Shown: positions 19,382 through 29,116, counted from the first letter of the stretch. The stretch is DNA of 33,703 nt from Nitrososphaeraceae archaeon (GCA_025449515.1 JANWJI010000043.1:1-33703), one strand, 5' to 3'. The notes: generated from the sequence alone by a model not told the origin. Program-made: numbers and translations.

Positions 19382-21520
19382 ATGGGTCTTGATTTAGATC
19401 AGAAGGTATCTTCGCTATTAATCTCTTTAGGATATCCTACATTATATCCCCCGCAGGAATTAGCTATATCCAAAGGGGTTTTAGAAGGTAAAAATTTGCT
19501 CATTACAACTCCAACCTCTAGTGGTAAGACGTTGGTGGCATTAATGGCAGCAATCAAGACAATCGAGAAGGGATTCAAAGTAGCATACCTAACTCCATTA
19601 CGAGCATTAGCAGCGGAAAAATGTGAGGATTTTCAAGTCCTCAATAATCTCAACATATTCAATCGAAAGGTTAAGATTGAATTAGCAGGTGGTGACTTCG
19701 ATTCTCAGGGCAAAGAACTAGCTAATGCTGACATTACAATATTGACCAATGAAAAAATGGATTCGCTGATGAGACATAGGTCAGATTGGATATCAGAAGT
19801 AGGGCTTTTTGTATTCGATGAAGTGCATTTCTTAGGTGACCGTGAGAGAGGTCCTGTGCTAGAGATGATGTTAACTACAATACGAAAAATCTATCCTCAA
19901 ATTCAGCTCTTAGTACTTAGTGCTACGGTCATTAATTCAGAGGACATAGCTTCTTGGCTTGGATGCGAATTGGTTGACAGTAAATGGAGACCTACGAAAT
20001 TAGTGGAGGGCGTATACCAGAATGGTAACATAAAAATGAGTGATGGTAGCCAGATAAAAATTAAATCCAATTGCGGATCTGCAATAGTCGATATCGTCCA
20101 AGATTCTATGGTGAACGGATATCAGACTTTAGTGTTTGCTGAAACTCGTAAATGTACTTCCTACCTTGCAAAGAAAGTAGAAGGAATCGTATACAAAAGT
20201 CTAGATGAGAACATTAGAAAAATGGCGTTAGAAGAGTCATCCAAGATCCGTTCTTATGGAGAAGATACAGAAATTACATCGACTCTTTCCCAACTGGTAT
20301 CCAAGGGAGTGGCGTTTCATCACGCAGGTATCGGATCATCTAGTAGGAAAATCATAGAGGAGTCATTCAAAAAAGGAATCGTCAAAATTCTATTTACCAC
20401 TCCAACACTCGCTGCTGGCGTGAATCTGCCTGCTAGACGGGTTATCTTGACAAATTTCTTACGCTATGATTCAGAGATTGGTAGTAGGTTACCCATCAGT
20501 GTCTTAGAATATAAACAAATAGCTGGCCGCGGGGGCAGACCAATGTATGACAAAAATGGAGAATCAATAATCATTGCTGGATCGAATTTTAATCGTGATG
20601 ATATTTACGATCATTATGTATTGGGTTCTCCCGAGCCAATAAGGTCACAACTTACAAATAATAGAACGATTAGGATACATGTTTTAAGCAATATAGTTAT
20701 GTTTCCTGGAATAAAGAAAAATGAAGTTATAGATATATTTCAAAATACATTGCTGGCACAATCTTGCAAGGAATCTACCTTGTCGTCCAAAATCATCAAT
20801 GCTTTGGATTATCTACAATCAGAACGATTGGTCAAAATGAGGAAGGAGAGATATATTGTAACGGAATTTGGAAAGAATATATCATTGTTATACATAGATC
20901 CTTCTACAGGGATAGAGTTTAGAAAAGCTATCGAATCGATTATAAAACCCAGCATAGAGAATCATACCTTAGGTTTTTTACATTTAATTACAAGCAGTGT
21001 GGACTTTTATCCACGCCTTGCACTAAGAAATAACGATTACGACACGCTATCTGAAATTTTCCTGCACGACGCAAATCAATTCATCTATCAGATTAATGAG
21101 TACGAAAGTTCGAGAAGCCTATGGGCGCTCTATGAATGGATCAATGAGAGTAGCGATAGGAAGCTGAGTGAGAGACTTGGAGTTGAACCGGGTGACATGT
21201 ATAGAATTGTGGAGACAAGCGAATGGTTGGCCTATTCGTTATACAAGGTCGCAAAGATCATTGGGCGCGAAGATTTGCTCAACGAAATATACAATTTAAG
21301 AATTAGAATAAAATATGGCATAAAAGAAGAGCTTATGTCCCTAATCCAATTCAGAGGGATAGGAAGGGTTAAGGCCAGGTCATTGTATAATGCTGGCATC
21401 ACAAACTCCACTGTCCTAGCAAATACTCCAGAATCAAAGTTATCTGCGATTCCTAAGATTGGAATAGCATTAGCTAGGATTTTGAAGAATGAACCAAAGG
21501 ATACGATGCTTCCTGCATAA
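19382..21520 (+). CDS. hel308: Ski2-like DNA helicase Hel308/Hjm
   Basis: The 712-aa product has a Walker A (TPTSSGKT), a DEVH box (FVFDEVH), SAT, motif VI (QIAGRGGRP), and a winged-helix/ratchet plus C-terminal HhH-like domain (FRGIGRVKARSLYNAGI). This architecture is typical of archaeal Hel308. Confidence 0.85.
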   Translation: MGLDLDQKVSSLLISLGYPTLYPPQELAISKGVLEGKNLLITTPTSSGKTLVALMAAIKTIEKGFKVAYLTPLRALAAEKCEDFQVLNNLNIFNRKVKIELAGGDFDSQGKELANADITILTNEKMDSLMRHRSDWISEVGLFVFDEVHFLGDRERGPVLEMMLTTIRKIYPQIQLLVLSATVINSEDIASWLGCELVDSKWRPTKLVEGVYQNGNIKMSDGSQIKIKSNCGSAIVDIVQDSMVNGYQTLVFAETRKCTSYLAKKVEGIVYKSLDENIRKMALEESSKIRSYGEDTEITSTLSQLVSKGVAFHHAGIGSSSRKIIEESFKKGIVKILFTTPTLAAGVNLPARRVILTNFLRYDSEIGSRLPISVLEYKQIAGRGGRPMYDKNGESIIIAGSNFNRDDIYDHYVLGSPEPIRSQLTNNRTIRIHVLSNIVMFPGIKKNEVIDIFQNTLLAQSCKESTLSSKIINALDYLQSERLVKMRKERYIVTEFGKNISLLYIDPSTGIEFRKAIESIIKPSIENHTLGFLHLITSSVDFYPRLALRNNDYDTLSEIFLHDANQFIYQINEYESSRSLWALYEWINESSDRKLSERLGVEPGDMYRIVETSEWLAYSLYKVAKIIGREDLLNEIYNLRIRIKYGIKEELMSLIQFRGIGRVKARSLYNAGITNSTVLANTPESKLSAIPKIGIALARILKNEPKDTMLPA

Positions 21521-21629
21521 TGCCATTGGAAATATAGAGTTTATTTAAATAATCTAGACCAAAGTTTAGGGGTTATTCAATGTTGCAGTTATATAACAAA
21601 TCTTTTGTATTAACAGGACTGATAGATAT

Positions 21630-22652
21630 TTGCTAAATCTCGCAGACAATAGTACACTAATCCAAGCAATACTTGTCTCTTTTATCTCATTTGTGATAGT
21701 TGTATTTATGATGCCAAGAACAATCAGTTCATTAATCTCTAAAGGAAAGGTAGTAAAGGATTTCCATAAACCTGAATTGCCGCTCATACCTAGGCCGGCC
21801 GGACCCACATTGCTTGTAGGGATCGCATCGGCGGAAATAATCCTATTTTTGCTAACGTTCAATGCGAAAGTCATCGCAATTCTGCTAACTACAGTCATAG
21901 GATTTATTATTGGCCTGATTGACGATAAGCGGGTAATGCCGGGATCCTTTAAGCCACTCGCGTTAATATTAGCAGCTGTTCCCTTGATAGTTCTCGGAGC
22001 TTACGGTTCTCATCTGCATCTCATTTTTGGTGCAGTCTTCATTCCTCTGTTATACGTCCCACTAATCTTAGTTATAGTTCCTATTGTAGGAAACACAATT
22101 AATTCCATTGATGTATTAAATGGGGTCGCCAGTGGGTTTGTAATTATATGTACCATACCTCTTCTAATAAGTATTGCAATATTTGGTAGCAATGACGTGT
22201 TCGTGGCAGCTCTACCATTATTATTCGGAACATTAGCATTATACAGATTTCATAAGTATCCCAGCAAGATCTTTCCCGGTGATTCGGGAACTTTGTTAAT
22301 TGGGTCAATGTACGGCGCTATTGCTATAGCTGGAAATTCAGAAGTGATAGGAGTTATCTCGTTGCTACCCGCAGTTATGAATTCTTTCCTTTTTCTAGCC
22401 AGCGTGAAGAAAATAGTCGAACACAGACAAGTTAAGGCCAGGCCCACTGTATTAATGGAGGATTATAAATTGGCGGCATCAAAGGAAAGGGATGCGCCTA
22501 CTACCCTTTTAAGATTAATCCTTGCACGTGGACCTCTGTCAGAAAAACAGATTGTTGGTCAGGTTTTTAAGCTAGGAATATTCTCTTCCATTTTAGCTGT
22601 GATCTCGATAATTATTCAATATTACTTTGTTACTGGACTAATCCCCAAATGA
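21630..22652 (+). CDS. aglH: GT4 polyprenyl-phosphate N-acetylhexosamine-1-phosphate transferase (AglH/MraY/WecA family)
   Basis: This is a 340-aa polytopic membrane protein with family motifs GLIDDKRVMPGSFKP, VGNTINSIDVLNGVASG and KIFPGDSGTLLIGSMYG. It has a TTG start, and the exact start is uncertain. Confidence 0.75.
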   Translation: MLNLADNSTLIQAILVSFISFVIVVFMMPRTISSLISKGKVVKDFHKPELPLIPRPAGPTLLVGIASAEIILFLLTFNAKVIAILLTTVIGFIIGLIDDKRVMPGSFKPLALILAAVPLIVLGAYGSHLHLIFGAVFIPLLYVPLILVIVPIVGNTINSIDVLNGVASGFVIICTIPLLISIAIFGSNDVFVAALPLLFGTLALYRFHKYPSKIFPGDSGTLLIGSMYGAIAIAGNSEVIGVISLLPAVMNSFLFLASVKKIVEHRQVKARPTVLMEDYKLAASKERDAPTTLLRLILARGPLSEKQIVGQVFKLGIFSSILAVISIIIQYYFVTGLIPK

Positions 22653-22885
22653 AAAATGCTGGTCTTATGGCATTCATTACCTTAATGTGGATAATGATAT
22701 TAGCTGCGGCTGCTCTTCTTGTGATGGTTGTAGCTCCTATGGAGCTTGTCCTGCTTCGTAACGGAGCCAATAGGACTGTGGTATCCACAATTCAAGCATC
22801 TATTTCCATTATTGTGGTCATGATGTTAATACTATTTCTAAGCAAGTTTAAGAAGATCTATGTAAGGCGAAATCTCAAAATTTAG
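22649..22885 (+). CDS. Small two-TM membrane protein translationally coupled to aglH
   Basis: This 78-aa ORF starts with an ATGA overlap on the aglH stop (22649..22652). It has two hydrophobic helices and a basic tail. Confidence 0.5.
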   Translation: MKNAGLMAFITLMWIMILAAAALLVMVVAPMELVLLRNGANRTVVSTIQASISIIVVMMLILFLSKFKKIYVRRNLKI

Positions 22886-23198
22886 AGGCAAAGTAATAGT
22901 CCAGTCAAGAGCTATTTTCTAGAATAAGAGATATCAATATCTGCCTTGCCATTCTCTTTATTGTTAAATTGGCCTTGCAACATCATAATTTGTTCGATTA
23001 TATGAATATCATAGAGTTAAATGTGTACTTGGGATAACTATATTGGGGTTATAATTATGCCTGTAGTCACAGATACAAGATTAGAGATGAGGTACTTGTA
23101 GATGCGACTAAGATTGAATATACAGTTTGGTGTTCAATCTGATGGCTCGCAAGAAACGTCACTACTTGCTTACAATTTGATTCTATATTCCACGCGCA

Positions 23199-24107
23199 TT
23201 ACTCTTTCAAAGAATTACTCCGGAGTTTTTTTCTCTTTGATGGATTAGGATTATGACCTACATAGTCACTCAGAGATTTTATCATAGTTCCCATCCTGTA
23301 ACTATTTGGCATTACATCAGTACTGACTGCATTATCCTCGAGTACTTTCTTTGTAGATGGACCAACAACTGTAACAATAACAAAATTGTTTAACGATGAC
23401 TTGAGGGACTGTCTTAAATTGTTTTTTTCTGCAATTATAAATAGCTCTTTGGCCGCTGGTGGACTTGTAAAGGTTATGACATCGATAATCCCTTTATTTA
23501 CGTCTTCTATAAGTTTGATGACCTTTGATTCATCTGGAGGAAGACAGCTGAATCCCATCTCCCGTAAGATTGTCGCACTTTCATTGTCAAGCTGATAGGA
23601 ATATTTGTAGATTGTCAGCTCAAACAATTCTGCCCCTGCCCGGCTAAGCTCATCTACAAAGCATTTTGAATAGGATCCATGCCATAGAATGCCTATCTTC
23701 TTGCCCGTCATACCATATACTTTTAGTAGGTTCAAGATTCCTTCTGTAGTGTTTTCATGTGGGATCAGTTTAGTATGGATATCATATTTTGCTAATACCG
23801 CTTGTGGTTTTGCGCTTCGAGCGATTATTGATACGGCTTTCAAAGCATCCCTCAACTTTTCTCCCACTCCAAGTCTCTTAGCAATAGACATAAGAGAGTA
23901 GATGCCTGGGCCAGACATGAATATCAAGAAGTCAGGACGTTCGAAAATATTGTCAATAAATTTCTTAATTTCTTCGACATCTCGTGTTGCATTTATTCCC
24001 ACGGTGGGTGCAAAGTATGGCTGGCCTCCAAATGCTATTATCAATCGAGCCAGCTCAGAGGCTCTTCTACTAGCCGTAACGGCTACCGTTAAACCTTTCA
24101 ATGACAT
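23199..24107 (-). CDS. hemD: Uroporphyrinogen-III synthase (HemD/HEM4 family)
   Basis: The 302-aa product has a duplicated flavodoxin-like layout with HEM4-type landmarks: LTVAVTASRRASELARLIIAFGGQPYFAPTVGI, DFLIFMSGPG, IIARSAKPQAVL, IDVITFTSPPAA, VGPSTKKVL. Confidence 0.6.
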   Translation of the reverse strand: MSLKGLTVAVTASRRASELARLIIAFGGQPYFAPTVGINATRDVEEIKKFIDNIFERPDFLIFMSGPGIYSLMSIAKRLGVGEKLRDALKAVSIIARSAKPQAVLAKYDIHTKLIPHENTTEGILNLLKVYGMTGKKIGILWHGSYSKCFVDELSRAGAELFELTIYKYSYQLDNESATILREMGFSCLPPDESKVIKLIEDVNKGIIDVITFTSPPAAKELFIIAEKNNLRQSLKSSLNNFVIVTVVGPSTKKVLEDNAVSTDVMPNSYRMGTMIKSLSDYVGHNPNPSKRKKLRSNSLKE

Positions 24108-24134
24108 ATAATATTACATTTGATAAGCATATGT

Positions 24135-24161
24135 AAATAAATAAATAATAATAATAATAAT
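24135..24161. repeat. Microsatellite (AAAT)3(AAT)5
   Basis: Read directly from the sequence. It lies 28-54 nt upstream of the hemD start codon (minus strand), so it overlaps the expected TATA/BRE position. Confidence 0.85.
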
Positions 24162-24542
24162 ATCAATTCAATGATTCAGATTAGATCAGTCTAATCCATG
24201 GTGTATAGCTTCGTAAATAATATGATTTTGTATAGCTTTTCGGCACAGAGAGAAATTAGAAAGTCTCAAATACTTTCTTATTTCTCTCCTGTGAGCCTAT
24301 TCGTAATCGTCAATGAATTCTTTTTGTTATGCATATAAATCATTTAGGTAACAACGTTAACTGATAGGGCAAAACTGTAAATATTATTCTATACGGTCTA
24401 ATCTACAATAAAAATTGTTACTCCCACGATAAGATGATTAGTGGTCAGGGTTTCCGCTAGATCGTGATGAGGCTGGTTAGGTTTAATCTGATTTTGTCAT
24501 TAAAAGCACTCATGTAATGTAACTTCTGGCTTATATAATACA

Positions 24543-26900
24543 CTAACTGTTTAGATTATGCATTTTTCGTAAATCTGGAGCAAACGATATAAGAGTAGTG
24601 GGTACCGCAATCTGAATCGGATCTTTTAGCGACAACGGTTTTCCTGTTTCAGGCGAAATCGTTCCCTTTTTTTTCGTCCACACCATAGAATTAAATTCTA
24701 GAATCGGTTTGGTATATTTTGTTAGATCTTGATATTCTGTCCCTGACTTTGGCATCTTCTGTAAATGAATGCTCTTATCAGAATACATTTTTGTCCAAAT
24801 CTCTTCCGTAATAAAAGGACAAATTGGAGAGAGCAGCAAAAGTATTGTAGATAAGCATTTATTTATAGTCGAGATTGCAGACTCATGACCATATTTATGT
24901 TCATTCTCATAAACACGCCATTTAACCATTTCTAAGTAATGCGAGGCAAACAAGTTCCATGTGAAGTCTCTTATTGCGTTTGCAGGAATAAAAAAGTTAT
25001 AATCATTATATCCGAGCTCGCATTCCTTGACTAATTTTGACAGCTCTCCCAAAATCCACTTATCTGAGTCATCGAGGTGTCGCGGTAAATCATAAATTAT
25101 CTTAAAAGAAGAAACAAATCTTGCTAAATTCCACAACTTTGAGAGAAAATTCTTCGATATTGCGATTCTTTGTTCAGAGCATCTAAAATCCTGTCCCAAA
25201 TTACCTTCTGTAGCAGACCAAAATCGAAACGCATCTGCGCCATACCTGTGAATAATTGGAAATGGATCTATGACATTTCCCTTGCTCTTACTCATTTTTT
25301 CACCTTTCTCATCTACACCATAACCCATTATCCAAGCCTCAGACCACGGTAATTGATCGGTTTGTTGGAAGCAGCGTAACATACTATAATAAAGCCAAGT
25401 CCTTATGATATCTTTGGCCTGTGGTCTCAGATTTGTGGGATAGAGGTAGTCATATAATTTTTGATCTCGTAGATATCTTGTGATAAATAGTGGAGTGATA
25501 CTAGAGTCCATCCATGTATCAAATATCCGGTCCTCTCCAGTGAACTCTTTGCTTCCGCATTTACTGCAGTTTTCGAACGGAGGCTTTTCCTTCCAAGGTC
25601 TATAGTATTGACCGGCCTCTGGAAGATTCGGGGTTTTGCAAATATTACAGAACCAGATAGGAATTTCTGTCCCGTAAAATCTCCGTCTTGAAATTGGCCA
25701 ATCGATTGAAACTGAGTCCAGCCAGCTATTCAATATTTGTCGATGTATCTCAGGATGGAATTTTATTTTCGATGCGAGTTTTTTCAGTTTTGGGATATAA
25801 CTCATCTGCTTTAGATAATAGTCTTGCATAGATAGTATTTCAATGGGAGTTCTACTACGTTCACAGATAGGTGTTCGATGCATAATGTTTTCTTCTCTTT
25901 CGATACGTTGATCCTTTTTAAGATCCTCAATAATTCTAGATCTAGCCTGAGATATTCTAAGGTTGGCGTATGGTTTGGCTAATTCAGTTGTAGTTCCAAG
26001 CTCAGTTAACGATACTATTTCTTCAAGTCCCAGTTCTCGAAAAAGCTGGACATCATTTTGATCACCGTAGCTACAAACCATTACCGCACCAGAACCAAAG
26101 TCTGGATTTGCTGTCCGGTGAGCAAGGATTTCAACTTCTCTATCGAAAATAGGTAAGATCACATGCTTGCCTATGAGCTCCGTATAACGATTATCTTCTG
26201 AGTTCACTATTATTGCTTGACAAGCAAAGAGGAGTTCTGGCCTTGTGGAAGCTACAATTATTGTTCCTGTCTCTTTGATATTAAATTTCATATAGATAAG
26301 TTTGGTAGGAATTTCTTGATACGTGATTTCTGCATCGGCCAGGGTAGTACCGCAATCGTAGCAGTAATTATTGGGCCTGTTTGCTATGTATATTAGATCC
26401 CTTCTCCACAAATTTATGAAAGTACTCTGAGTCAATGATCTAAATTCAGTAGAGTCTGTTCTATAGTACTCGTCAAAATTCCCACTTATCCCCATATCCT
26501 TCATTATTTGAATCATCTCTGATTCAAGATCGTCCAGCGCTTGCTTGCAAAGGTCGAGAAATTTTTCTCTGTCAGTCTTCCGCATTTGAATCTTATATTT
26601 TTTTTCGGTATAAATCTCAACAGGTAGGCCATTCCTATCGATGCCTATAGGAAAGAATACACAATAATCCTTCATTCGGGCGGCCCTAGCGATCATATCT
26701 ATCTGGGCATAGTGGGCCGCTGCTCCGATGTGCCATGGTCTACCGGAGGGATATGGCGGCGGAGTGTCAATTACGAAAGGTATGCTGTTTTGACCGATGA
26801 TTGAGAAACCATAGACATTATCTTCGCGCCATTTATCTAGAATTTTCAGCTCTAGCGAAGGATCCCATGATGTAGACTCAATTTTATGGTTTTCGTTCAT
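24543..26900 (-). CDS. valS: Valyl-tRNA synthetase (class Ia, archaeal type)
   Basis: The 785-aa product begins FVIDTPPPYPSGRPWHIGAAAHYAQIDMIARAARMKDYCVFFPIGIDRNGLPVE, has an editing (CP1) insertion, a KMSKSKGN motif and an anticodon-binding helical domain. Size and N-terminal pattern fit ValRS better than IleRS or LeuRS. Confidence 0.75.
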   Translation of the reverse strand: MNENHKIESTSWDPSLELKILDKWREDNVYGFSIIGQNSIPFVIDTPPPYPSGRPWHIGAAAHYAQIDMIARAARMKDYCVFFPIGIDRNGLPVEIYTEKKYKIQMRKTDREKFLDLCKQALDDLESEMIQIMKDMGISGNFDEYYRTDSTEFRSLTQSTFINLWRRDLIYIANRPNNYCYDCGTTLADAEITYQEIPTKLIYMKFNIKETGTIIVASTRPELLFACQAIIVNSEDNRYTELIGKHVILPIFDREVEILAHRTANPDFGSGAVMVCSYGDQNDVQLFRELGLEEIVSLTELGTTTELAKPYANLRISQARSRIIEDLKKDQRIEREENIMHRTPICERSRTPIEILSMQDYYLKQMSYIPKLKKLASKIKFHPEIHRQILNSWLDSVSIDWPISRRRFYGTEIPIWFCNICKTPNLPEAGQYYRPWKEKPPFENCSKCGSKEFTGEDRIFDTWMDSSITPLFITRYLRDQKLYDYLYPTNLRPQAKDIIRTWLYYSMLRCFQQTDQLPWSEAWIMGYGVDEKGEKMSKSKGNVIDPFPIIHRYGADAFRFWSATEGNLGQDFRCSEQRIAISKNFLSKLWNLARFVSSFKIIYDLPRHLDDSDKWILGELSKLVKECELGYNDYNFFIPANAIRDFTWNLFASHYLEMVKWRVYENEHKYGHESAISTINKCLSTILLLLSPICPFITEEIWTKMYSDKSIHLQKMPKSGTEYQDLTKYTKPILEFNSMVWTKKKGTISPETGKPLSLKDPIQIAVPTTLISFAPDLRKMHNLNS

Positions 26901-27346
26901 GTTTTAGCAACATATCAATTACCGTTATTAACGTTAATGACATCACTATCCTTGATGAATGGTGTTCTGCTGCTGAAAGGATCTATCATGCTAATGACTG
27001 TTTTATTTTACCTATTTGTTATGAGTATTTCCATTTTTTCCACTATTATTTTCATAACTCCAAAACTTTCTGGACAGATTGCATTATTCTCTATCGTCAT
27101 AGCTATGATTCCCCCTTCAATTCTAACTATATTTTTTTTGAAAAGAATAATCAGATCGCGTTTCGTAATACGACTGTGGAGGTAGACCATTTTGATTTTT
27201 AGTTTCGGCGTGTTCAAATACATGTGCTTTATACTAAGTGTGACTGTATCGTTCTCTAGCAGGTAAGTTATCGTACAGTATACTGGGCACCAAAGGTCTC
27301 AACTACATTTGAAAAACGTGGATTAAGAACTCAAATAAAACAGACG

Positions 27347-28783
27347 CTAGAAATCCTTTCTAATTGGCAATTCAGAATTTCCGAATTCGTTTGAATACAG
27401 TGAATAAAGTCTTATCTCTTGACCATGTTTTATCCGATAATTTCCAATCAGTTTTATAGTTTTTTTATATTCTTCCTTTAAGGCGATTAGTGTTTCCGCT
27501 AGATTATCAGCGATTAAGATATGCCACTCGTTACCTATATCCATAACTCTACGCGCTAGTATGATGCCAGGCCCCCAATAATTCTGATTACTTTTTATAT
27601 CATTCACTGTAAATACTGGTCCCGTACTGAGACCAATACGTACAATGATAGAATCATCACTATTTTTCTCATAATTATACTTACGCAGCTCACGGTGAAG
27701 CTGCATGCCTAGTTGTAAAGGCAATTCTGGATTCAATGGAAATCCTATTACCATTCCGTCACCAGTGGGTAGAATTATTTTCTTATCATCTGCCTTAAAA
27801 GCCTCACATGTAAGTATAAGGCTATTTAGAGTCTCTATTTTTTCTCTTTGTTTATTGACTGATAATAATGGGTCAGAAAGGCCAACTATATCTATAAAGA
27901 AAAAGTTTGCATTTATTGGCTCAGTCGGAATACCTATTCCTGACAGACTAAAGTCATACACCTTTACTAATTTCTTATAAATTCCTAAATGGTGACCGTG
28001 AAAAGGCAATTCAGTATAAATAACTGGCGTATCAAATATAGGATCCTTACAAAGGAAACAAATAGCGTAATTCGATCGTTTGCTAAACGAAATGTTCCCT
28101 TCGTTAGATATATTAAACTGGATCCACAGAGGATCATGGTGTATACCCTTTATAGAGAGCATTCTAATTCTTCTGACCAGAGCATCTCCGTTATCCTCTA
28201 ACTTCATCTCTAATATTCCATCAAAAATAGAGCTTATGCGATTAGTTTCATATTCATTCGATGATGGAGTACTTAGAGTGAAAATGGCCGCTGCATTATA
28301 TGATTTCAAAATGAAGTATAGCTTCGTAATAAATTTCTCTACAGCTTTCTCTCCAAATAATGCCAGCAGATGTGTCAACGAATCACAGACGAATCGAACA
28401 TTTTTAGCAGATTTAGTATCCGCCAAAGAAGGTGAATTTACCATCTGTTGTTTCTTACCAATCCCAGCCTGGTCAAGCGCATTAGCCACTTCGCTCAGTG
28501 TAAATGATAATTTCATATTCTCTTCTATATCATTAATATATGGATTGATAAAGATGGAATATTGGGAGATAACCGACTTCTCGATATTGGAGAAGAGGTC
28601 ATTATATTGATCTATAGTCAAATTAGAACTCAGGTATATACAATATTCATTTTGTGATATACCATCAAGCAAAAATTGTCTACAGTAAATGCTCTTTCCT
28701 GCTCCGGATGACCCAGTCAACAATAGAATGCTATTGGAGATATTATCTTTGCCTACTAAGTGACTTATCCCCGGAATTTGCAT
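27347..28783 (-). CDS. Fusion protein: KaiC/RecA-superfamily P-loop ATPase domain + Cys/His cluster + divergent class III nucleotidyl cyclase domain
   Basis: The product is 478 aa. The N-terminal domain has Walker A GSSGAGKS (aa 24-31), a Walker B-like VRFVCDS and a KaiC-like LVRRIRMLSIKGIHHD. The middle region has CFLC...FHGHH. The C-terminal domain has FFFIDIVGLS, PTGDGMVIGF, VRIGLSTGPV and GPGIILARRV, which are class III cyclase landmarks. Confidence 0.7.
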   Translation of the reverse strand: MQIPGISHLVGKDNISNSILLLTGSSGAGKSIYCRQFLLDGISQNEYCIYLSSNLTIDQYNDLFSNIEKSVISQYSIFINPYINDIEENMKLSFTLSEVANALDQAGIGKKQQMVNSPSLADTKSAKNVRFVCDSLTHLLALFGEKAVEKFITKLYFILKSYNAAAIFTLSTPSSNEYETNRISSIFDGILEMKLEDNGDALVRRIRMLSIKGIHHDPLWIQFNISNEGNISFSKRSNYAICFLCKDPIFDTPVIYTELPFHGHHLGIYKKLVKVYDFSLSGIGIPTEPINANFFFIDIVGLSDPLLSVNKQREKIETLNSLILTCEAFKADDKKIILPTGDGMVIGFPLNPELPLQLGMQLHRELRKYNYEKNSDDSIIVRIGLSTGPVFTVNDIKSNQNYWGPGIILARRVMDIGNEWHILIADNLAETLIALKEEYKKTIKLIGNYRIKHGQEIRLYSLYSNEFGNSELPIRKDF

Positions 28784-28948
28784 CTCATTGTGACAAAATT
28801 AGCCAAAGCCATTACTTATATCTTATTAACTGAATTCCAATATAAAACGCGTTACACAATTTATTAGAAATCATTGATAACTAGATCTCGCAACTTAGGA
28901 GCAATAACAAAAATGCTTGGGAAGCGATCTACATCAAATAAACAAGAA

Positions 28949-29116
28949 TTAGAATCCCGGTAGAGAGTCGCCTAGTCCAGGTTTTTCCTTTTCCAATTTC
29001 GCGATATTTCTTGACATATATTCCATGGTTCCGGGTATATGACACTTGCAAAGGCAATCACTACAATCTATATGGCTACCTTTTTTACAATAGTCAGATA
29101 GTCCATTACTCACCAT
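28949..29116 (-). CDS. Small Cys-rich (putative metal-binding) protein, 55 aa, below the ORF-track cutoff
   Basis: Manual translation gives MVSNGLSDYCKKGSHIDCSDCLCKCHIPGTMEYMSRNIAKLEKEKPGLGDSLPGF, running from ATG at 29116 to TAA at 28949..28951. It has 5 Cys and 2 His within 17 residues. It lies 165 nt upstream of the KaiC-cyclase gene on the same strand. Confidence 0.35.
   Translation of the reverse strand: MVSNGLSDYCKKGSHIDCSDCLCKCHIPGTMEYMSRNIAKLEKEKPGLGDSLPGF

Noticed and set aside
19382-21520. Hel308-like helicase as a Hachiman-type (HamB) defence helicase
   Set aside because: No HamA/DUF1837-like partner is adjacent. The full Hel308 architecture with a C-terminal HhH domain and the housekeeping neighbourhood (aglH, hemD, valS) fit the core replication-repair helicase.
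21566-21898. Minus-strand 110-aa ORF overlapping the aglH 5' end
   Set aside because: It is antisense to a polytopic GT4 transferase gene with clear family motifs, so it is a likely shadow ORF.
24432-24491. Candidate C/D-box sRNA (AGATGATTA ... GTGATGA ... CTGA, 60 nt) in the hemD-valS spacer
   Set aside because: The C box is non-canonical (AUGAUUA). No D' box lies at the expected spacing. The C'-to-D guide would be about 17 nt instead of about 12. This is too weak without Infernal/snoscan or RNA-seq.
24543-26900. Non-canonical HIGH motif in ValRS (WHIGAAAHY rather than H-x-G-H)
   Set aside because: I believe similar variants occur in crenarchaeal and thaumarchaeal ValRS, so this is probably lineage-typical. 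I cannot verify that without an alignment.
26886-27223. Overlapping ORFs 26886..27185 (+, hydrophobic 99 aa) and 27008..27223 (-, 71 aa) in the valS upstream spacer
   Set aside because: They are mutually exclusive, neither has a motif, and the plus-strand ORF overlaps the valS start codon. I cannot tell which, if either, is real.
27705-28610. Plus-strand ORFs 27705..27980, 27989..28201 and 28080..28610
   Set aside because: They are antisense to the KaiC-cyclase CDS, which carries clear domain motifs. They show no motifs and have shadow-ORF composition.
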